Part shown: positions 48,106 to 55,013 of the stretch, one piece after another | Layout: each line of letters opens with the position of its first letter | How positions within the stretch are numbered: position 1 is the first letter of the stretch | From: Candidatus Omnitrophota bacterium | GTDB lineage: Bacteria > Omnitrophota > Gorgyraeia > Zapsychrales > Zapsychraceae | Direction: 5' to 3' | Length of the DNA: 64,000 bases | Assembly: GCA_015233195.1 (NCBI GenBank) | Contig: JADFYE010000008.1 | Location: 11,470 to 75,469 of the forward strand | Notes under the pieces: generated by a model | Told to the model about the DNA's origin: nothing | Databases searched by the model: none | What the model saw: only the letters and a program-made list of their open reading frames with translations | Made by a program: the position numbers and the translations under genes

Positions 48106-49278
48106 CTATGACTTAATAAATTTTTTTATTCGTACGACCGCTTCTTTTAAATCTTCAAATGCAGTAGCGTATGAAATGCGCACATGTCCTTCTGCTGACG
48201 GACCAAATGCCACTCCCGGAACTAAAGCTACTTTTTGTTCCTTCAAAAGGTCTTTAGCAAAATCCATTGAACTCATACCTGTAGTTTTTATCGAAGGAAA
48301 CGCGTAAAAAGCGCCTTCAGGCATGTGGCATTTTAAACCTATTTCATTCAAAGATTCAATTATAAACTGTCGTCTCCGTTTATACTCAATTTTCATCATA
48401 TTAACACTTTTATGCCCATTAGCCAAGGCTTCTTCAGCAGCCATCTGACCGTTGATCGAAGCGCACAAAATCGTATACTGATGAATTTTAGTCATGCCAG
48501 CTATAACTTTTTCCGGACCACAAGCAAACCCAATCCTGAAGCCAGTCATAGCATACGCTTTAGAAAACCCGTTCAAATAAACTACCCGCTCCTTCATTCC
48601 CGGCAAAGAAGATAAAGCCACATGCTCAAAATCATAAGTCAGATCATCATAAACCTCGTCGCTAATCACCACCAGATCATGTTTTTTAATAACTTTACAC
48701 AAAGCAGATAATTCAGCCTTGTTATATGAAGCGCCGGTGGGGTTCGACGGATAATTGATCATCAGATATTTTATTTTATCTTTTTGGCAAGCTTGATCCA
48801 ATTCTGAAGGAGTCATTTTAAAACCATGCTCAGCTTTAGTAATCAAACTTATAACTTTAGCGCCAGCCATATCTGCCAAAGGAGCATACGAAACATAACA
48901 CGGTTCAGGAATCAAGACTTTGTCTCCCGGATTAATCAAAGTTCGCCAAGCCAAATCTAAAGCTTCACTCACTCCTACAGTAATCAAAATTTCATTTTCC
49001 GGATCATATTCCATTCCGAATTTGTATTTTAAAAAATGCGAGATCTGCTTGCGCAAAGATATCAACCCTTTGTTAGAAGTATACGAGGTGTATCCTTCTT
49101 CATAAGCAGTAATGGCTTTCTCGCGGATATTCCAAGGCGTGACAAAATCAGGCTCACCCACGCCTAAAGAAATCACGTCTTTCATTCCCAATACCAAATC
49201 AAAAAAAGCCCGGATCCCAGACGGAGCCATATCCTCGACTTTTTTCGAAATCTGAATTATTTTATTTGAATTTTTCAT
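48106..49278 (-). CDS. pyridoxal-phosphate-dependent aminotransferase (class I, AspC/AlaT-like)
   Basis: NYPSNPTG motif and SKAYAMTGFRIG with the PLP lysine. Confidence 0.9.
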   Translation of the reverse strand: MKNSNKIIQISKKVEDMAPSGIRAFFDLVLGMKDVISLGVGEPDFVTPWNIREKAITAYEEGYTSYTSNKGLISLRKQISHFLKYKFGMEYDPENEILITVGVSEALDLAWRTLINPGDKVLIPEPCYVSYAPLADMAGAKVISLITKAEHGFKMTPSELDQACQKDKIKYLMINYPSNPTGASYNKAELSALCKVIKKHDLVVISDEVYDDLTYDFEHVALSSLPGMKERVVYLNGFSKAYAMTGFRIGFACGPEKVIAGMTKIHQYTILCASINGQMAAEEALANGHKSVNMMKIEYKRRRQFIIESLNEIGLKCHMPEGAFYAFPSIKTTGMSSMDFAKDLLKEQKVALVPGVAFGPSAEGHVRISYATAFEDLKEAVVRIKKFIKS

Positions 49279-49280
49279 AT

Positions 49281-49766
49281 TTAATACGATATATTCGGGC
49301 GCTTGCTTTTTTCTTTTTGTTTTAATACATGCCCGTCTTCTTTATATTTTTTCAAAAGAAAATGTGTCGCAGTACGGCGGACATTCTCCATCGGCGATAA
49401 TTTAGCTGCGATGAAATTTGAAACCTTCTGAATATTATCACCTTCGACAATCAACAACAAATCATAGGTTCCGGAAACCAAATAACAGCTTACCACTTCC
49501 GGAAAACTATAGATCCGCTCTGCCACATGATCAAACCCCACATCTTTTTGAGGGGTCACGCTTACTTCGATCAATGCCCGGACAAAAGAATTTGATTCTC
49601 TGACCAGATCATGATTAATCAAAGTTTTATACTGTACGATCACGCCGCTGCTCTCATATTTTTTGATCGCTTTTTTAATTTCAGCCACAGGCTTACCAGT
49701 CATTTTCGCGATTTCTTCAGCGGTAACCCGAGCATCACTGGCTAATATTTGCAATATTTCTTCCAT
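49281..49766 (-). CDS. Lrp/AsnC family transcriptional regulator
   Basis: N-terminal HTH LASDARVTAEEIAKMTG plus a C-terminal RAM/AsnC_trans_reg domain. Confidence 0.85.
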   Translation of the reverse strand: MEEILQILASDARVTAEEIAKMTGKPVAEIKKAIKKYESSGVIVQYKTLINHDLVRESNSFVRALIEVSVTPQKDVGFDHVAERIYSFPEVVSCYLVSGTYDLLLIVEGDNIQKVSNFIAAKLSPMENVRRTATHFLLKKYKEDGHVLKQKEKSKRPNISY

Positions 49767-49844
49767 TATTTTCTCCTTCTAAAAAACAGCAAATTAAAAA
49801 TTTTAGGTTTGATTTTAAGTGATAGAATTTTAAAAGCCGCTTCG

Positions 49845-50792
49845 CTACTTGGCACTTTGAGCCGCGATTTGTTCACGCAGCATCTGATTTTCTTTATCCA
49901 AAGCAATTATATCCTGCACCATCTGCTGATGCGAATTTTGTTTTTCAATCGTATCGCGCACAGCCCCGTCGACATCAGCATATTCTTTTTCAAGCTTTTG
50001 AACTTCATCTTGCAATGCTTTCAATTCTTTTTCTTTGACGAAAATCTGTTGCTCCATCTCTACCAATTTATCGCTCTTACCTGAAATTTTTTTCTTATGC
50101 ACTATCTGCTTTTTCTGGTCTAACAATGCTGAATAATCCTTTTCAAAACCACTAATTTCTTCAGCTAATTTTTCAGCTTGAGTCAAAACATTGGACCGCT
50201 CCCCATCATGATTATTAATTTCCAACAATACTGTCCGTTCCTGTTCTTTCAATTCATCCAACCTGTGACGTAATTGTAAAAGCTCTGCCTCACTGCTGTG
50301 TTTAGTGTCTTGAAAACCCAGCTCACTTATCTTCTGATCCAGCTCAAGCGTGCGTTTTTCATATTGCAAATCAGCGAATTTAAGTTTTAATCCACGCAAT
50401 ACCTCATCCATATCCAGCATCTGCTTCTTTAAAACTAAATTTTTAGTCTGGTGAATCAAAACATCATTCTGAACCGAATCAATCTGTTTACGATAATCCT
50501 GTATCTTGGTTTGCTCTTGTGTTTGTAATTGTCGAATAACACCGGCATTCTGTTGTGCGTCTGTAGCTTTAGCTTTCTGCTCTAATATCCGCCGTTCAAT
50601 TTCGGATTTCTTATTTAATAACCGATCATACTGTTCCTGTAATTTTTGATTTTCTTTTAATGCGTCTTGGGCTTTTTCTTTCATGGATCGGATAGCATCA
50701 AAAATAGAAGCATCTGGTATAGCCTGAGCCCAGACAAAAGAAGAGCAGAAGACAAGATATGCCACCAAAAATATATGTTTAGCACTTTTCAT
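49845..50792 (-). CDS. secreted coiled-coil protein
   Basis: Signal peptide ends VWA/QA. The remainder is heptad-rich Q/E/K/L sequence. Confidence 0.7.
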   Translation of the reverse strand: MKSAKHIFLVAYLVFCSSFVWAQAIPDASIFDAIRSMKEKAQDALKENQKLQEQYDRLLNKKSEIERRILEQKAKATDAQQNAGVIRQLQTQEQTKIQDYRKQIDSVQNDVLIHQTKNLVLKKQMLDMDEVLRGLKLKFADLQYEKRTLELDQKISELGFQDTKHSSEAELLQLRHRLDELKEQERTVLLEINNHDGERSNVLTQAEKLAEEISGFEKDYSALLDQKKQIVHKKKISGKSDKLVEMEQQIFVKEKELKALQDEVQKLEKEYADVDGAVRDTIEKQNSHQQMVQDIIALDKENQMLREQIAAQSAK

Positions 50793-50838
50793 AAAAAAAT
50801 ATTATACAGACAAGCATACTAGCAAGCAAGGATTACAG

Positions 50839-51801
50839 TTATCGCTCAATATAAACCGCATCATCCGCCGTATAAATAACAGTCTGCCGCGAATGAACCC
50901 GGGCTTTCTTACGTAAAGTGTAAGACGGGACCATTAACATAGGACGAAATGACTCTTTAGTAGCAGTTATATTCGGCATGCCCATATCATCCATTACATT
51001 GACCATTGAATAACGGCGTACTGCTGCGTCATTACAAAATTCCCGAAAAATATACGTCGGCAAACCTTTCATAGAAAGATCCGCGGTTTCTAAAAGAATA
51101 CAGAACATATCCTTAGTCAACTGATAACCAAAAGTATACGCACATATTTTACCGTCGACTAACACCACTCTGCCTACCATTCCTAAAAGATCAAAATTTT
51201 CAAACACTACATTATTTACCGTAATATTCTCCTCCAGCATAAAATCATAAAGATCGCCTTGCGCTGTAGAAAGCCGCTCCTTGGTCCAATCCAGCAACAA
51301 TTTATTACATTCTGCAGCCATAGATTTTTCAAAAGGACGGATTTGACAATTCGGATATGTATTAACAAAACGATTATATTCCGCGCGTTTTGATTTATAT
51401 TTATTACCCACGAGTCCAGCGATATCTTCAGTCCAATAACAATACTCGGCTAGACGCAACGACGATAAATATTTTTCCGGAGCGCATCCATGCACCATAC
51501 CCGCGCCGATATTTTCAATCCGGCTTACAGTTTTATCCGCGTTGCGATCATTCATGATCCGAAAACAAGTTTTAACCGCTTCCGGATTAGGGCTGGATGC
51601 TAAAGGCGGGAAATATAAAAATGTACCCAAACCATTTTTTGCAAATACGCATAAACTTTCTTTAATAATCCGGAAATCAAAAGAAAAAAAATCTTTCCAT
51701 AAAAAAAGATTAACAAACGACAATGCCGCTAAATGATGCGGCTTACGCTGCAAATAAGTATTAATTAACGCGCGTTTTGAAAGTAAATCGTCTGTTGACA
51801 T
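50839..51801 (-). CDS. DUF2156 (phosphatidylglycerol lysyltransferase C-terminal-like, GNAT-fold) protein
   Basis: SFVNLFLWKDFF motif and a length typical of the LPG_synthase_C / DUF2156 family. Confidence 0.65.
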   Translation of the reverse strand: MSTDDLLSKRALINTYLQRKPHHLAALSFVNLFLWKDFFSFDFRIIKESLCVFAKNGLGTFLYFPPLASSPNPEAVKTCFRIMNDRNADKTVSRIENIGAGMVHGCAPEKYLSSLRLAEYCYWTEDIAGLVGNKYKSKRAEYNRFVNTYPNCQIRPFEKSMAAECNKLLLDWTKERLSTAQGDLYDFMLEENITVNNVVFENFDLLGMVGRVVLVDGKICAYTFGYQLTKDMFCILLETADLSMKGLPTYIFREFCNDAAVRRYSMVNVMDDMGMPNITATKESFRPMLMVPSYTLRKKARVHSRQTVIYTADDAVYIER

Positions 51802-52296
51802 CTAAATTTTTACCTCGAACAGGTCTTCGAATTCTTCCTGATATCCCGGATAATCCCCTGCCAAATGTTTATTGTTACGTAAAAAATCCAACACTTCTGG
51901 TCTTGCAAAAAATTCTTTCAATTGTTTTTCATAATCAAAAAACTTTTGCGTGTTACGATGTTGCCCAACCATCGGACAACTCGTATGTGCGCTCAGCACA
52001 ATTTTATTGCCTCTTTTCATCAACACAAACGGATAAACTTTACATTCAAACGGACGCTTCGTATATATATCACAACAATGTTCATCCTTAGCCAGACAAA
52101 CACACAAAAATTTATCGCCGCTTTGCGGAGCGCGTATATACGACCGCTCGTCGATAATATCCGGACGACCAATCGCTTTGATCTCTTCCTTACCGCACCG
52201 TGGTCGCCAGCTGCTCTCTGGTTCATAGAAGCGGCAGCAGCCGTCACACTTTAAACAAACTTCAGATATAGCAAACGAAGGCAAACCTTCCAACAT
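51802..52296 (-). CDS. YkgJ family cysteine-cluster protein (CxxCxxCC)
   Basis: CLKCDGCCRF motif plus additional conserved Cys residues. Confidence 0.75.
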   Translation of the reverse strand: MLEGLPSFAISEVCLKCDGCCRFYEPESSWRPRCGKEEIKAIGRPDIIDERSYIRAPQSGDKFLCVCLAKDEHCCDIYTKRPFECKVYPFVLMKRGNKIVLSAHTSCPMVGQHRNTQKFFDYEKQLKEFFARPEVLDFLRNNKHLAGDYPGYQEEFEDLFEVKI

Positions 52297-52360
52297 GTTT
52301 TATTCCTTATATATATTTATATTTCAAATAAAATAGAAAGCTATAAAAAATTAAAATAAT

Positions 52361-52693
52361 TTAACTCACCCTGCTACCTAATTTTATTGGTCTTTCAGTT
52401 GTCAATACTGATAATTGTTCAGTATCTTTTACTGCCAACAACATACCTTGCGATTCTTCACCGCGCAGCATCGCAGGTTGTAAGTTCTTTACTACCACGA
52501 CCTTTTTGCCGATAAGCTCTTCTTTTGTATAAAATTTGCGTATCCCAGCTACGATCTGACGCTTTTCCTCGCCTAAATCCACCAGAATAACATATAAACG
52601 GTCAGCGTTAGGATGATCTTTGACTTCCAACACCTGCGCCAAAACCAATTCAACTTTTGCAAAATCTTCTATTGTAATCATAAAATCCTCCAA
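52361..52693 (-). CDS. stand-alone tRNA-binding domain protein (CsaA / MetRS C-terminal EMAP-like OB fold)
   Basis: VLEVKDHPNADRLYVILVDLGEEKRQIVAGI...NLQPAMLRGEESQGMLLA. Confidence 0.85.
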   Translation of the reverse strand: MEDFMITIEDFAKVELVLAQVLEVKDHPNADRLYVILVDLGEEKRQIVAGIRKFYTKEELIGKKVVVVKNLQPAMLRGEESQGMLLAVKDTEQLSVLTTERPIKLGSRVS

Positions 52694-52818
52694 TTTTCAA
52701 AAACGAATTTTTACATTATATTGAAATATATTTTCTAAAACAATGATTTTTTTATTCAATTCATAAATATATTATTAATAATTTGTCGTAAAATATATAC
52801 CAATGCTATAATTCTTGC

Positions 52819-54477
52819 ATGCAATCAAATCCCGACTCAAATTTAACTAAATTTATTAAAAAATACCAAAATATTTTTTTCCTATGTTTAACTATTATAA
52901 CCGGATTATTTTTTGTCCTGCCTTTATCCAATTTTCAGGCTTACTTAGCCCAAGGTGATCATGGACGAGAATTATACGGATATTGGTTAACTTCACAAGG
53001 AGGATTACCTTACCGCGACTTTACCCACATGTTCGGTCCATTCATGCCAGAATATTTTGGTTTATTATTTAACATTTTTGGAGCTACAGTTCAAACCGCT
53101 CTCCTCGGACAAAACTTATTTATCGTATTAAACGGTGTGCTGATTTATTTAATCTGCAAACAATTCAGCTCAAATTTATTTTCGTACACATTTGCTACAG
53201 TTTATTGGGGGCTGCGCGATTTTGAATTTTTCTACACCTATAACCACACTGCCGGAATATTTGCCATTCTGGGCGTGGTATACATGCTGATCCGTTATCT
53301 AAATTCATACTCAATTAAATTTTTATACGCGGGTTTTACTTTCAGCGCTTTATTAATGTTAATCCGGTTAAATATGGGGATAGCTTTTTGGTTCGGGTTT
53401 GGTCTATGCGTAATACTGATTCACATTCTCGACCAAAAACCCATGACACCAAACATGTTAAAACATTTTTTTATAAGCGCGCTATGTTTGCCTATTCCGG
53501 TTGCACTAATATATGGAATACTGCTTTATGGATTACCTAATTATGCAATATACCAAAGCTTTCCCTGGGGCAATGACCAAAGAACTGACGTGTCACATTC
53601 AATCACCCAATGTTTGATAAACCTTCGGGAATATGTCATCTCAATATTCTCGCGCTTTAAATCTTATATCGTCGCTGGTTGGGCAATAATTTTAAGCAGT
53701 TTATATATCGGGTTAATGGTATTGCAAAAAAAATTTACTGAACCATCTGACCGCAAATTATTAATCCAATCATTACTGTTGGGCATTTTAATCATCCTCG
53801 GTTTACACGAATTTTTAGCCAGTAGTGTTTATTACCGGGTTGAATGGGTAATCCCGATATTTTTTATTTTGTTAGGAACCATGCTGCAAATGATATTTAA
53901 CAAAGGCAATAAAATATTTTCTTTATCCATCGTACAAACGACTATTTTAATACTTATCCTGGTCTTGTCCTACAATAAATTTAACAGCTATTTAGCCCTA
54001 ATAAATAAAGCCGCTAAACCCACGTCTTGTTTAAATTGGAACGGATCAAAAGTATGCACCTTCCAAGAGCCGGCATGGTTCCTGACTGTTTATCAAACTT
54101 TAGATTTTATTGACAAAAATATTCCGTCAAATGAACCAATATTCTGTGTGCCTTACGACGCTTTATATTTATTTTTAACCAAACATAAAAGCCCGACCCG
54201 GGAAATAATGTTGTTCCAACATTTCCGTATCCCGCCAGAACAAGATAAGGCGATCGTTGATACCCTCGAAAAAAAACATGTGAAATGGGTAATAATTTCT
54301 AACCGTGCAATATCTATCGAAGACGGCATGGGAGTATTAGGTCAGGATTATTGTCCGCAATTAGCAGCTTATCTGGAAAAGAATTTTGAAATTGTTAAAG
54401 GATTTGGTCAATGGAACAACCAGCCCAGCTGGGCGTGGAATCATGCGACGAGGATATTAAGAAGGAAATTATTTTAA
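52819..54477 (+). CDS. polytopic membrane protein, GT-C (ArnT/PMT-like) glycosyltransferase candidate
   Basis: At least 10 predicted TMs followed by a soluble C-terminal domain. The architecture is GT-C-like, but no catalytic motif was confidently seen. Confidence 0.5.
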   Translation: MQSNPDSNLTKFIKKYQNIFFLCLTIITGLFFVLPLSNFQAYLAQGDHGRELYGYWLTSQGGLPYRDFTHMFGPFMPEYFGLLFNIFGATVQTALLGQNLFIVLNGVLIYLICKQFSSNLFSYTFATVYWGLRDFEFFYTYNHTAGIFAILGVVYMLIRYLNSYSIKFLYAGFTFSALLMLIRLNMGIAFWFGFGLCVILIHILDQKPMTPNMLKHFFISALCLPIPVALIYGILLYGLPNYAIYQSFPWGNDQRTDVSHSITQCLINLREYVISIFSRFKSYIVAGWAIILSSLYIGLMVLQKKFTEPSDRKLLIQSLLLGILIILGLHEFLASSVYYRVEWVIPIFFILLGTMLQMIFNKGNKIFSLSIVQTTILILILVLSYNKFNSYLALINKAAKPTSCLNWNGSKVCTFQEPAWFLTVYQTLDFIDKNIPSNEPIFCVPYDALYLFLTKHKSPTREIMLFQHFRIPPEQDKAIVDTLEKKHVKWVIISNRAISIEDGMGVLGQDYCPQLAAYLEKNFEIVKGFGQWNNQPSWAWNHATRILRRKLF

Positions 54478-54480
54478 AAC

Positions 54481-54567
54481 AATAGAACTCGCGAAATCCT
54501 TCGGATTTCTTGCGCAGTTCGAATCTGTCGGGTTCGCCAACCAAAAAATAAAAAACCCCCTGGAAAA
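54481..54567 (+). repeat. direct repeat copy 1 (87 nt) containing a 55-nt tRNA-like minihelix (54485-54539)
   Basis: Identical to 54622-54708 except for one base (g54485 / a54626). Period is 141 nt. Confidence 0.95.
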
Positions 54568-54621
54568 TTGTAGACGAGATTGGCATCTCGCTTTGCTCGA
54601 TGATTGAGCGCTAAAGCGCTC

Positions 54622-54708
54622 AATAAAACTCGCGAAATCCTTCGGATTTCTTGCGCAGTTCGAATCTGTCGGGTTCGCCAACCAAAAAATAAAAAACCCC
54701 CTGGAAAA
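54622..54708 (+). repeat. direct repeat copy 2 (87 nt) containing the tRNA-like minihelix (54626-54680), running into the terminator
   Basis: See copy 1. Here the trailing aaaaaaccccctggaaaa pairs with cagggggtttttt. Confidence 0.95.
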
Positions 54709-54721
54709 CAGGGGGTTTTTT
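54691..54721. terminator. bidirectional rho-independent terminator
   Basis: A6 - ccccctg (54697-54703) - gaaaa - caggggg (54709-54715) - T6. Sits between the plus-strand repeat region and the minus-strand tRNA genes. Confidence 0.85.
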
Positions 54722-54726
54722 ATTTT

Positions 54727-54804
54727 TGGCGGACCCGACGAGATTTGAACTCGCGATCTCAAGCGTGACAAGCTTGCATGTTAACCAGACTACACCACGG
54801 GTCC
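54727..54804 (-). tRNA. tRNA-Asp (anticodon GTC), CCA encoded
   Basis: Reverse complement GGACCCGTGGTGTAGTCTGGTTAACATGCAAGCTTGTCACGCTTGAGATCGCGAGTTCAAATCTCGTCGGGTCCGCCA folds as a cloverleaf; anticodon loop is TTGTCAC. Confidence 0.93.
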
Positions 54805-54829
54805 TATATTTACTTCTAAGGCGATAAAA

Positions 54830-54902
54830 TGGGCGGTGCTGGGCTCGAACCAACGGCCGCCTGAATGTAAGTCAGGAGCTCTACCAACTGAGCTAACCGC
54901 CC
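54830..54902 (-). tRNA. tRNA-Val (anticodon TAC)
   Basis: Reverse complement GGGCGGTTAGCTCAGTTGGTAGAGCTCCTGACTTACATTCAGGCGGCCGTTGGTTCGAGCCCAGCACCGCCCA; anticodon loop is CTTACAT. No encoded CCA. Confidence 0.93.
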
Positions 54903-54988
54903 TAAAATTTTCGAGTACTAATTTAAATCCCAAAAGTGTGCGATATATTACAATATAAACTTTTTTCTGTCAACAGCTTTTAACCTCT

Positions 54989-55007
54989 CCGTAACCCCCG
55001 GGGTTAC
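54989..55007. repeat. palindrome ccgtaacccccggggttac immediately after the stop of giant gene D
   Basis: Same core, and same position relative to a stop codon, as 12486-12506. Flanked by ttaacct/aggttaa. Confidence 0.85.
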
Positions 55008-55013
55008 TTTAGG

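Noticed and set aside
54481-54708. Possible CRISPR array (direct repeats with spacer)
   Set aside because: There are only two copies, the repeat is 87 nt with a 54-nt spacer (wrong geometry), there are no cas genes, and the repeat folds as a tRNA-like element.
54469-54853. Two overlapping minus-strand ORFs (54469-54771, 54620-54853) with a repeated peptide (PVFQGVFYFLVGEPDRFELRKKSEGFREFY)
   Set aside because: They are translations of the 87-nt direct repeat, the terminator and the tRNA-Asp/Val genes. They have no RBS, and their repeat structure is explained entirely at the DNA/RNA level.
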